Below, one piece after another: positions 20,663-31,114 of a DNA stretch of 64,000 bases. How positions within the stretch are numbered: the first letter of the stretch is position 1; every line of letters begins with the position of its first letter. Source of the DNA: Chthonobacter albigriseus (GTDB lineage Bacteria > Pseudomonadota > Alphaproteobacteria > Rhizobiales > Pleomorphomonadaceae); assembly GCF_013839445.1 (NCBI RefSeq), contig NZ_JACDIT010000001.1, positions 860,658-924,657 on the forward strand. The letters are read 5' to 3'. Below the pieces are notes generated by a model. That model was not told the DNA's origin and did not search any database. It saw only the letters and a program-made list of their open reading frames with translations. A program made the position numbers and the translations under genes.

Positions 20663-21061
20663 ATGGCCGACCGGCTCGTCCGCTTCGTTTTCGTCGGTGC
20701 GACCGGCTTTGCGGTGGACGCCGGGCTGACCGAGGCCCTGGTGGCTGCGGGCTCATCGCCGCTGGTGGCGCGCGTGTTCGCGTTCGCGGTGGCGATCGGC
20801 GTGACCTACGGCCTGAACCGGGCGATCACCTTCGCCGACCGGAAAAGCGCGCGGGAGGCCGGCGGCCGGGTGGCCGAGGGCGGGCGGTACCTGGCCGTGA
20901 ACCTCGCCGCGATGGCGGTCAACTATGCGGTGTTCGCGGCGGTGCTGACAGCCGCGCCGGGACTGCGGCCGATGCTGGCGGTGGCCGCAGGATCGGGCGT
21001 GGCGATGGTGGTCAGCTACCTCGGGTATTCGCGCTTCGTGTTTCGGCAGATGCCGCGTTAG
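20663..21061 (+). CDS. GtrA-family small membrane protein (polysaccharide/lipid-linked sugar translocation associated)
   Basis: ~130 aa with 4 TM and a GtrA-like N-terminus (RFVFVGATGFAVDAGL). Confidence 0.7.
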   Translation: MADRLVRFVFVGATGFAVDAGLTEALVAAGSSPLVARVFAFAVAIGVTYGLNRAITFADRKSAREAGGRVAEGGRYLAVNLAAMAVNYAVFAAVLTAAPGLRPMLAVAAGSGVAMVVSYLGYSRFVFRQMPR

Positions 21062-21121
21062 AGCATCGCCTCCTGAGCGGTTTCCTGACGACGGGACGAA
21101 CCCGACAGGTCGGAACGCGTT

Positions 21122-22003
21122 CTAGGCGGCGTGACGGCTGGCGTCGGTGCCGTAGTAGTTGACGTAGCGCGCAGCGATCGCCGAAACGGGCAGGACGATA
21201 AGGACGTCGGTGGTGCCGAACTGGCGGTCCACCACGGCGCCGTCCCCTACGCTGGCGCCGACGCGCAGGTAGCCCTTGATGAGCGGCGGCAGGGCGTGGA
21301 GCGCCGCCTTCGCATCAACGGCGTCTCTCGGCAGGCGATCCATCTCCACCCGGCGCTCGGGAAGCGCACCGACGCGCCACGGCTCCGGCGCGCGGGCGTG
21401 GTGGTGGAGGAAGGAGAGCGGCAGGGCGAGGCGATCCGGGTCGGTGCCCTCCAGCGAGGCGCAGCCGATCATCACGTCCATGCCGTGCTGGAGCACATAG
21501 GACCAGATGCCGTGCCAGAGCAGTTCGACGGTGCGCTTGTTGCGGTAGGGCTTGAGCACGCAGGAGCGGCCGAGCTCCAGGAAGCGAGCGCCGCGGTGGC
21601 GGGCAAGCAGCGTGGCGATGTCGAACTCGCCGGCGGTGTAGAAGCCGCCGTGAGCCTCTGCGACGTCCTGGCGCAGCAGGCGGTAGGTGCCGACGATGCG
21701 CGGACGCGGGCGCCCGAAGCGGGACGGCTCGGGCGCATCGTGGTCGAGCACGAGCAGGTGGTCGCAGATGCGGTCGAAGGCATCGCGGTCACGCCGGCTG
21801 ACGAGGGTGGCGGGGTCGGCGACCGCGGCCATCTCCTCGTAGAAGACGCGGTAGCGGAGGGCCTGCGCCTGGCGAACCTCGCCGGCGGAACGGGCGAGGC
21901 GAACCTCCAGCGGCCCGATGCGGCCTAAGGTCTCGACAGGGCGGCGGGCGATCGGATTCGGGACGGAGAGCCCCGGCAGGAGGTTGATCGGCGTGGAGCC
22001 CAT
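21122..22003 (-). CDS. olsB: GNAT-fold N-acyltransferase, OlsB-like (ornithine lipid N-acyltransferase) / hemolysin-like
   Basis: 294 aa from MGSTPINLL. The RVFYEEM…YRLLRQD…ELGRSCV motif pattern is typical of OlsB acyl-ACP dependent N-acyltransferases. Confidence 0.65.
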   Translation of the reverse strand: MGSTPINLLPGLSVPNPIARRPVETLGRIGPLEVRLARSAGEVRQAQALRYRVFYEEMAAVADPATLVSRRDRDAFDRICDHLLVLDHDAPEPSRFGRPRPRIVGTYRLLRQDVAEAHGGFYTAGEFDIATLLARHRGARFLELGRSCVLKPYRNKRTVELLWHGIWSYVLQHGMDVMIGCASLEGTDPDRLALPLSFLHHHARAPEPWRVGALPERRVEMDRLPRDAVDAKAALHALPPLIKGYLRVGASVGDGAVVDRQFGTTDVLIVLPVSAIAARYVNYYGTDASRHAA

Positions 22004-22326
22004 GCCAGGCGGCGGGAAATCGCGGTGGAAGGGCGACCGGAGGAGTGGGCCGACCTTTTCCACCAGACGACGAGGCGACAGGCCCCGGCCGCGCACGCTA
22101 TCGGATGGCGCATTCTGTGACACGTGCAAGTTCCCCTGCCCCATCGTCGGACCGCCCGGCGGACCCGACCGAAACCGGCGCCCATCCGCCGGCATCGCTG
22201 TTTCAAAACATAGTTTCCGGACGGACGTATGACAAACAGGGCGGCATGGAAAAGCCCGGCCTTCGAGGGGCCGGGCTGATGCGGATGGCGGTGGCCGCCC
22301 GGCCTTTGCGGCCGGGCGGGCGGGGG

Positions 22327-23331
22327 TCAGTGGCCGCGGGCCGGCTCGGCGTCCGGCGGCAGGGGATCCTGGCCGCGCGTCTTCCAGAGCGAGGCGCCGA
22401 TGCCGACAGCCAGGATCAGGAAGGTGACGCCGAGCGACACGGCCGGCGGGATCTTGGCCAGGCCGAGCATGTCGGCAAGGAAGATCTTGGAGCCGATGAA
22501 GATCAGCAGCGAGGCCAGCGCGTACTTCAGGTAGACGAAGCGGTGCATCAGCGCCGCCAGGGCGAAGTAGAGGGCGCGCAGGCCGAGGATGGCGAAGATG
22601 TTGGAGGTGTAGACGATGTAGGGGTCGGTGGTGATGGCGAAGATCGCCGGCACGCTGTCGACCGCGAAGATCACGTCGGCGAACTCGACGAGAAGCAGCG
22701 CGAGGAGAAGCGGCGTGACGAAGGTCTTCAGCTTGCCGGTCGTCGGATCGGGAAGCTTCACCAGGAAGCGATCGCCGTGCAGCTCGTCGGTGACGGGCAG
22801 GTACTTGCGGGCGAGCCTGAGGACCGGGTTGTTGCCGACGTCCTGCTCCTTGTCGGCCATCATGATCATCTTGATGCCGGTGAGGATGAGGAAGGCGGCG
22901 AAGATGTAGAGGACCCAGCTGAACTCCGAGACGATGGCCGCACCGGCGGCGATCATGATGCCGCGCAGGACCAGCACGCCGATGATGCCCCAGACGAGCA
23001 CGCGATGCTGATGAATCCGCGGGATGTGGAAGTAGGCGAAGATCATCGCGATGACAAAGATGTTGTCCATCGCGAGCGACTTCTCGATGACGAAGCCGGT
23101 GATGTAGGCAAGGCCCAGTTCAGGCCCGAGGGACCACCAGACCCAGGCGCCGAAGGCGAGGCCGAGGGCGATGTAGAAGCCGGAGAGCAGGAAGCTTTCG
23201 CGGATGCCGATCTCGTGCGGCTTGCGATGCAGCACGCCGAGGTCGAAGACGAGAAGGACGAGGACGACCGAAACAAAGGCCAGCCACATCCAGCCCGGCT
23301 TTCCAAGGAAGTCGAGGTACAGGAATTCCAT
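22327..23331 (-). CDS. terC: TerC family integral membrane protein (Alx/TerC)
   Basis: Multiple TM helices with conserved TerC motifs (ALEKSLAMDNIFVIAMIF; FAVDSVPAIFAITTDPYIVYTSNIFAILGLRALYF). Confidence 0.85.
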   Translation of the reverse strand: MEFLYLDFLGKPGWMWLAFVSVVLVLLVFDLGVLHRKPHEIGIRESFLLSGFYIALGLAFGAWVWWSLGPELGLAYITGFVIEKSLAMDNIFVIAMIFAYFHIPRIHQHRVLVWGIIGVLVLRGIMIAAGAAIVSEFSWVLYIFAAFLILTGIKMIMMADKEQDVGNNPVLRLARKYLPVTDELHGDRFLVKLPDPTTGKLKTFVTPLLLALLLVEFADVIFAVDSVPAIFAITTDPYIVYTSNIFAILGLRALYFALAALMHRFVYLKYALASLLIFIGSKIFLADMLGLAKIPPAVSLGVTFLILAVGIGASLWKTRGQDPLPPDAEPARGH

Positions 23332-23569
23332 TTGGGTGAACACGCGGACGTCGGCTCGTTTCCGCCTGCGGATCCGACATCACGAAACGCCGACCAGTTT
23401 CGCCAGAGGGGCCCGGATCCGCCTGAGATGGACCGTATATGGCGAAGCCAAGGCGACGTTCAAGAGGCGCTCTAAGGGATAATGCTTATGGTGTATTGAA
23501 TGTATCAGGCCTGTCCAGCGCGCCGGGAGGGAGCGACGGCGCAGACCGATCGTTCCGAGGAGAAGCGGC

Positions 23570-25375
23570 TCAGTCTTCCATCTTCAGGGCGGCGATGAAG
23601 GCTTCCTGGGGGATCTCCACCTTGCCGAACTGGCGCATGCGCTTCTTGCCTTCCTTCTGCTTTTCCAGAAGCTTGCGCTTGCGGGTGACGTCGCCGCCGT
23701 AGCACTTGGCGAGGACGTCCTTGCGCAGGGCGCGGATGGTCTCGCGGGCGATGATGCGGCCGCCGATCGCGGCCTGGACCGGGATCTGGAACATGTGCTG
23801 CGGGATCAGGTCCTTCAGCTTCTCGCACATGCCGCGGCCGCGGCGCTCCGCCTGGCTGCGGTGGACCAGGATGGAGAGCGCGTCGACCGGCTCGGCGTTG
23901 ACCAGGATCTGCATCTTCACGAGATCGCCGGGCTTGTAGTCGGTGAGCTGGTAGTCGAAGGAGGCGTAGCCCTTGGAGATCGACTTCAGGCGATCGTAGA
24001 AGTCGAAGACGACCTCGTTGAGCGGCAGGTCGTAGGTGACCATGGCCCGGTTGCCGACATAGGAGAGGTCGACTTGGACGCCGCGGCGTTCCTGGCAGAG
24101 CTTCAGGATGGAGCCGAGGTAGTCGTCCGGCGTCATGATATTGGCGCGGATCCAGGGCTCGCGGATCTCCTCGATCTTCATCGGGTCCGGCATGTCGGCC
24201 GGATTGTGGAGCTCGATCTCGGTGCCGTCGGTGAGGAGCATCTTGTAGACGACCGACGGCGCGGTGGCGATCAGGTCAAGGTTGAACTCGCGCTCCAGGC
24301 GTTCCTGGATGATCTCCAGGTGCAGGAGGCCGAGGAAGCCGCAGCGGAAGCCGAAGCCGAGGGCGGCGGAGCTTTCCATCTCGTAGGAGAAGCTTGCATC
24401 GTTGAGGCGCAGCCGGCCGACGGCGGCGCGCAGGTCCTCGAACTCGGCGGCGTCGACCGGGAAGAGCCCGCAGAAGACGACGGGCTGGGCCGGGCGGAAG
24501 CCGGGCAGCGGCTCGGCGGTCTGGCGGCGCTCGTCGGTAATGGTGTCGCCGACGGCGGTGTCGGCCACCTCCTTGATGGAGGCGGTGAGCACGCCGACCT
24601 CGCCGGTGTTGAGCCTGTCGGTGAGGACGAGCTTGGGCGTGGTGTAGCCGACCCGGTCCACCTCGTAGACGGCGCCGGTGCGCATCATGCGGATCTTCTG
24701 GCCCTTCTGCAGGGAGCCGTCGATGACGCGCACGAGCACGACGACGCCGAGGTAGGCGTCGTACCAGCTGTCGACGAGGAGCGCCTTCAGCGGGGCGTCC
24801 GGATCGCCCTTGGGCGGCGGCAGGCGGGTGACGATCGCCTCCAGGACGCCCTCGATGTTGAGGCCCGTCTTGGCGGAGATCTGCACGGCGTCGGAGGCGT
24901 CGAGGCCGATGACGTCCTCGATCTGCTGCTTGACGCGCTCCGGCTCGGCGGCGGGCAGGTCGACCTTGTTGAGGATCGGAACGATCTCGTGGTTGTTGTC
25001 GATGGCCTGGTAGACGTTGGCGAGCGTCTGCGCCTCGACACCTTGCGAGGCGTCGACGACGAGGAGCGAGCCTTCGCAGGCGGCGAGCGAGCGGGACACC
25101 TCGTAGGCGAAGTCGACGTGGCCCGGGGTGTCCATCAGGTTCAGGGTGTAGGTCTCGCCGTCCTTGGCCTTGTAGGAGAGACGGACAGTCTGCGCCTTGA
25201 TGGTGATCCCGCGCTCGCGCTCGATGTCCATGCTGTCGAGGATCTGTTCCTTCATCTCGCGATCGCTGACGGCGCCGGTGGACTGAATCAGCCGGTCGGC
25301 GAGCGTGGACTTGCCATGGTCGATGTGGGCGATGATGGCGAAGTTGCGGATGTGGGAAATCGGGGTCGTGGTCAT
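23570..25375 (-). CDS. lepA: Elongation factor 4 (LepA)
   Basis: [22 protein letters not shown]1 motif, [12 protein letters not shown], and the C-terminal LepA-specific domain. Confidence 0.97.
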   Translation of the reverse strand: MTTTPISHIRNFAIIAHIDHGKSTLADRLIQSTGAVSDREMKEQILDSMDIERERGITIKAQTVRLSYKAKDGETYTLNLMDTPGHVDFAYEVSRSLAACEGSLLVVDASQGVEAQTLANVYQAIDNNHEIVPILNKVDLPAAEPERVKQQIEDVIGLDASDAVQISAKTGLNIEGVLEAIVTRLPPPKGDPDAPLKALLVDSWYDAYLGVVVLVRVIDGSLQKGQKIRMMRTGAVYEVDRVGYTTPKLVLTDRLNTGEVGVLTASIKEVADTAVGDTITDERRQTAEPLPGFRPAQPVVFCGLFPVDAAEFEDLRAAVGRLRLNDASFSYEMESSAALGFGFRCGFLGLLHLEIIQERLEREFNLDLIATAPSVVYKMLLTDGTEIELHNPADMPDPMKIEEIREPWIRANIMTPDDYLGSILKLCQERRGVQVDLSYVGNRAMVTYDLPLNEVVFDFYDRLKSISKGYASFDYQLTDYKPGDLVKMQILVNAEPVDALSILVHRSQAERRGRGMCEKLKDLIPQHMFQIPVQAAIGGRIIARETIRALRKDVLAKCYGGDVTRKRKLLEKQKEGKKRMRQFGKVEIPQEAFIAALKMED

Positions 25376-25528
25376 GGGCGCTCAAATAGCACCCGCACCG
25401 GGGATCGCCAAGCTTGGTTGATGCGGCGCGGCGGTTTTGCAAGGGCGGGAGCGCCGGGCCGTTTGAACCCTCCGAGGGCCGGCGATACGATCGACGCCCC
25501 GCCGCCGCCGTCGCAAGGACCGTCTCCT

Positions 25529-26029
25529 ATGCCCACCACACCCACCATCCGCGAGGGGCGGGAAAGCGACCTGCCCGCCATCATGGCGATCTACAACGAC
25601 GCCGTGGCGAACACGACGGCGATCTGGAACGACGCGCTGGTCGACCTCCCCGACCGAGAGCGCTGGTTCCAGACGCGGACGGGCGGCGGTTTCCCCGTGC
25701 TCGTGGCGGAGCGCGAGGGCGCGGTTGCAGGGTACGCATCCTATGGTCCGTTCCGCCCTTTCGATGGCTACCGCTTCACGGCCGAGCTCTCGGTCTACGT
25801 GGACGGACGGTTCCGAGGAGAAGGAATCGGGAACGGGCTTCTGCAGGCTCTCATGGCCGCGGCGCGGGCCCGTGGAGTCCATGTGCTTGTAGCAGGCATT
25901 GAAGCCAGTAATACCGCATCGCTAAATCTGCACAAACGCAATGGATTTGTCGAAGTAGGACGCATGCCGGAGGTCGGATTCAAGTTCGGACGCTGGCTTG
26001 ATCTGGTGTTATTGCAATCCGTCCTGTAA
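25529..26029 (+). CDS. GNAT N-acetyltransferase, phosphinothricin/L-amino acid N-acetyltransferase (Pat/MnaT)-like
   Basis: 166 aa starting MPTTPTIREGRESDLPAIMAIYNDAV, typical of the PAT subfamily. The ORF-track 744-aa frame is a GC artefact antisense to lepA. Confidence 0.8.
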   Translation: MPTTPTIREGRESDLPAIMAIYNDAVANTTAIWNDALVDLPDRERWFQTRTGGGFPVLVAEREGAVAGYASYGPFRPFDGYRFTAELSVYVDGRFRGEGIGNGLLQALMAAARARGVHVLVAGIEASNTASLNLHKRNGFVEVGRMPEVGFKFGRWLDLVLLQSVL

Positions 26030-26238
26030 CAATTGCTAGAGAGGTCTCGCCTTTTGAGGGCGGCCATCGACCGAGCCGAAGGAAGCGTGCGACGGGCGCG
26101 CCGAGGACGGCATGGCGCTCGCCAGCCGGCGGCGTCGCGGTCATGCCGTGTTCAGACGACGCGGGCCTTGAACGCGACCTGCGGCGGGGCGGCCGGGGTG
26201 GCGGACGGGTGGGGTGCCCGCCTCCTAGGGCTCAGGCG

Positions 26239-26739
26239 ATGGATGACTCGCCGCTTTCCAACAAGGTCGCCGCACTGTCGCTGGCGATCGCAGATGCCAC
26301 ATTGGCTCAGTCGGACGATCTGGCCCCGACGGCCGTCGCCGCACTGATCACCATCCGCGACCAGGAGCCGCTTTCGATCGGCGACATCGCTCGGGTGGTC
26401 GGGCTGACGCATTCGGCTGCCGTTCGGCTGGTGGACCGGCTGGAGAAGGATTGGCTCGTCCGTCGGCAGCGGCGGGTCGGACGCGAAGTGATGGTGGAGA
26501 TCACCTCGCGGGGGCGCCGGCGCGCCCAGCAGCTGCAGGAGCTGCGGCTGGCGGCGGTGACGGGTTTCCTTTCAGGGCTCGACCCGGACGAGCAGGACGA
26601 ATTGAACCGTCTTGTGGACAAGATGATCCGCGTGCACGGGCGGGGCGAGGTGGACCCGGACAAGTTCTGCCGCATGTGCCGACGCGGCGCGTGCGATTGC
26701 GGCCTGCACGAGGCCGTCCCGGAAGCGGTGGACGCCTGA
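26239..26739 (+). CDS. MarR family transcriptional regulator with C-terminal Cys-rich tail
   Basis: Winged-helix MarR core (LSIGDIARVVGLTHSAAVRLVDRLEKDWLVRR), then CRMCRRGACDCGLHE at the C-terminus. Confidence 0.75.
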   Translation: MDDSPLSNKVAALSLAIADATLAQSDDLAPTAVAALITIRDQEPLSIGDIARVVGLTHSAAVRLVDRLEKDWLVRRQRRVGREVMVEITSRGRRRAQQLQELRLAAVTGFLSGLDPDEQDELNRLVDKMIRVHGRGEVDPDKFCRMCRRGACDCGLHEAVPEAVDA

Positions 26740-26766
26740 ACGAACCGGCTGAAGGCGGCCCGCCGG

Positions 26767-27396
26767 TCAGGCGTGGCCGCTGCGGTTGGTGTAGGTCCAG
26801 ACACGCGCGGGGGGCAGGTTCCGGAGGATCCAATCGCTGGATTCCAGGGTCCAGGCGCCGGCGCTCGCCGGAACCGGGGGAACGAGCGCGTAGGAGAACT
26901 GCACGACAGGCCGGCCGTCCGGAATGATCTCCATCGCCTGCTGCATCAACAGCGTGCGCTGGAGCGGCGGCCGGGTGAACAGCGGCAGGCTGGAGATCAC
27001 CGACGACACGTTGGTGATGCCGTGCAGGGCGAGCGTGGTCTTCAGGGCGTAGGCGTCCCCGACGATCACGTGGATGCCGGGAAAGCGATCGCGCAGGTGG
27101 GCCGCGAAATCCGGATTGTACTCGATGGCGACCAGCCGATCCGGTGCGATGCCGTGCTCCAGCAGCGCGGCGGTCACCGCGCCGGTGCCCGGTCCCAGCT
27201 CGACGACGTGGCCGGGCCAATCGGGCTCGATGCGGGCGGCCATGGCGCGAGCGAGGCCGCGACCGGAAGGCGAGACGGCGCCGGTGGTGAGCGGCTTTCC
27301 CATCCAGGTCCGGAGGAAGCGCACCTCGTCAGCCATCAGGGCCTTGAATCGCTTGATGTCCGACTTCGAAAAGCGCTCGCTCCGCTGTTGCCGCAT
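26767..27396 (-). CDS. Class I SAM-dependent methyltransferase (phospholipid N-methyltransferase PmtA-like)
   Basis: SAM-binding motif I VVELGPGTGAVT; ~200 aa like rhizobial PmtA/rRNA-adenine-dimethylase-fold enzymes. Substrate not inferable. Confidence 0.6.
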   Translation of the reverse strand: MRQQRSERFSKSDIKRFKALMADEVRFLRTWMGKPLTTGAVSPSGRGLARAMAARIEPDWPGHVVELGPGTGAVTAALLEHGIAPDRLVAIEYNPDFAAHLRDRFPGIHVIVGDAYALKTTLALHGITNVSSVISSLPLFTRPPLQRTLLMQQAMEIIPDGRPVVQFSYALVPPVPASAGAWTLESSDWILRNLPPARVWTYTNRSGHA

Positions 27397-27532
27397 CCGC
27401 CCACTTCCTTCCCGAGGAATGATCGAGACTGATCCTAATCAGCTCCGGTCGGCTAATCTACCGACCGGGCTGGGGTATCCGGCACTTGGGCCGCGGGCGA
27501 AGCGCCGCGGCAGCTGGCGGATCACCGGCACG

Positions 27533-28678
27533 TCACGTGCCGAGACCGTCGAAGAAATCGCGCATCCGGGCGAAGAAGCCGGTGGATTCCGGGTGGTTTT
27601 CGCCGGAGGAGCCGCGCTCGAACTCCTCCAGGAGCTCGCGCTGACGGCGGGTGAGGCTCTGGGGCGTTTCGACCACCACCGTGATGTACATGTCGCCAGT
27701 GTCGCGGGAGCGGAGCACCGGCATGCCCTTCTGGCGCAGACGGAACTGCTTGCCGGTCTGGGTGCCCTCGGGGACCTTCACGCGGGTCTTGCCACCGTCG
27801 ATCGTCGGCACATCGAAGCCCCCGCCGAGGGCAGCCGTGGTCATGGAGATCGGAACGCGGCAGTAGAGATCCGCTCCGTCGCGCTGGAAGAACTCGTGCG
27901 GCTTCAACGAGAGGAAGATGTAGAGGTCGCCGGAGGGACCGCCGCGGAGGCCGGCTTCGCCCTCGCCGGCGAGGCGGATGCGGGTGCCGTCCTCGATGCC
28001 GGCCGGGATGTTGACGGAAAGGGTGCGCTCCTGGGTCTGGCGGCCGGTGCCGGCGCAGGCGTCGCAGGGGTCGGCGATGGTCTCGCCGCGGCCCTGGCAG
28101 GTGGGGCAGGTGCGCTCGATGGTGAAGAAGCCCTGGGTGGCGCGGACTTTTCCGGCGCCGCCGCAGGTGCGGCAAGGAACCGGGCTGGTGCCGGGCTTGG
28201 CGCCGGTGCCGGAGCACTTGGTGCAGGTGATGGAGGTCGGGACCTCGATCTCGACGGTCTTGCCGGAGAAGGCCTCCTCCAGGCTGATCTCCAGGTTGTA
28301 GCGCAGGTCCGCGCCGCGCTCGCGCCCGCCGGAGCGCCCGCCGCCGCGGCGGCCGCCGCCCATGAACTCGCCGAAGATGTCGTCGAAGATGTCGGCCATC
28401 GACGAGGAGAAGCCCTCGCCGCCGCCGAAGGGGCCGCGTCCGCCCATGCCGTTCTCGAAGGCGGCATGGCCGAAGCGGTCGTAGGCGGCGCGCTTCTGCG
28501 GGTCCTTCAGAACTTCATAGGCCTCGTTGGCCTCCTTGAAGCGCGCCTCGGCGGTGGTGTCGCCCGGGTTCTTGTCGGGGTGGAGCTGCATGGCGAGCTT
28601 GCGGAAGGCGCCCTTCAGCTCCTTCTCGTCGGCCGTCTTGCCGACGCCGAGAACCTCGTAGTAGTCGCGCTTGGCCAT
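27533..28678 (-). CDS. dnaJ: Molecular chaperone DnaJ
   Basis: J domain (DYYEVLGV…HPDKN), G/F-rich region, four CxxCxGxG zinc-finger repeats. Confidence 0.97.
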   Translation of the reverse strand: MAKRDYYEVLGVGKTADEKELKGAFRKLAMQLHPDKNPGDTTAEARFKEANEAYEVLKDPQKRAAYDRFGHAAFENGMGGRGPFGGGEGFSSSMADIFDDIFGEFMGGGRRGGGRSGGRERGADLRYNLEISLEEAFSGKTVEIEVPTSITCTKCSGTGAKPGTSPVPCRTCGGAGKVRATQGFFTIERTCPTCQGRGETIADPCDACAGTGRQTQERTLSVNIPAGIEDGTRIRLAGEGEAGLRGGPSGDLYIFLSLKPHEFFQRDGADLYCRVPISMTTAALGGGFDVPTIDGGKTRVKVPEGTQTGKQFRLRQKGMPVLRSRDTGDMYITVVVETPQSLTRRQRELLEEFERGSSGENHPESTGFFARMRDFFDGLGT

Positions 28679-28756
28679 GTCTGGCGTGGTCCCTCAGTAA
28701 CGGTCGCTCATCCGCTCCGTGCCGGACGCGGGCAGACTTCCAACGTGGTGCGGCAC

Positions 28757-28833
28757 TCTCAATCGTCATGGTCCGCGCAGGCGGACCACCCACGCATTTC
28801 TCGTCAACCCGCCGACCACGGCAAGGAAAAAGT
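28757..28833. repeat. REP-like palindromic element copy B1 (reverse complement of A1)
   Basis: GTCATGGTCCGCGCAGGCGGACCACCCACGC equals the reverse complement of the A1 core and flank; located in the dnaK-dnaJ intergenic region. Confidence 0.7.
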
Positions 28834-28884
28834 CGTGGGCGGTCCGTCTTCGCGGACCATGACGGGGAAACGGGCACACCACAG
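28827..28884. repeat. REP-like palindromic element copy B2 (same orientation as A1; loop variant TCTTC)
   Basis: AAAAGTCGTGGGCGGTCCGTCTTCGCGGACCATGACGGGGAAACGG. Forms an inverted pair with B1 (BIME-like). Confidence 0.7.
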
Positions 28885-28913
28885 AAAACACCCGGTGCGT
28901 TTCCGCACCGGGT
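28881..28913 (-). terminator. Intrinsic terminator/attenuator between dnaK and dnaJ
   Basis: On the minus strand ACCCGGTGCG-GAAA-CGCACCGGGT followed by GTTTTCTGTGG, ~25 nt after the dnaK stop. Confidence 0.6.
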
Positions 28914-28937
28914 TATGCTCGTCCTGCAAGAAGAGTG

Positions 28938-30836
<1,899 letters not shown>

Positions 30837-30963
30837 TCTCTCTCTCCTTTCGGCAGGCCGTCCGGACCCTCGGAGAGGCGTCCGGCAAGCCGGGATCCCC
30901 GGCCGGCCCCCATCGAAACACTGGGATTTCCGGGTGACCCGCACCCGGTTCGAGTTTCATCGG

Positions 30964-30997
30964 CTATATAAGTGGGGTGCGAATTCCCTGCAAGGCG
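30964..30997 (-). promoter_or_regulatory. Putative RpoH (sigma32) heat-shock promoter for dnaK
   Basis: Minus strand reads CTTG-N18-CTTATAT, matching the alpha-proteobacterial sigma32 consensus CTTG-N17-18-CYTATNT; ~130 nt upstream of the dnaK ATG. Confidence 0.5.
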
Positions 30998-31114
30998 GCG
31001 GCCTCACGCCGGCGTGAAACGTTGGCCGTCATCGCGCATTTCAGCCGCGCCGTTGATGGTCTCTACAGGAACGGCGCGTATCCTGCGGTCGGTTAAACCA
31101 GCAGGACGGGCACC

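Noticed and set aside
18607-20756. Alternative 643-aa frame overlapping the membrane protein, and N-terminal 75-codon extension
   Set aside because: Only the frame giving a hydrophobic multi-TM protein starting at MVFKPGAL is plausible; the other frame is Arg/Pro-rich.
27397-27532. Hairpin CCGGTCGG-N8-CCGACCGG and palindrome GGCACGTGACGTGCC after dnaJ
   Set aside because: No U-tract on either strand. Likely fortuitous GC-rich stems, and dnaJ is probably co-transcribed with the downstream methyltransferase or terminated Rho-dependently.
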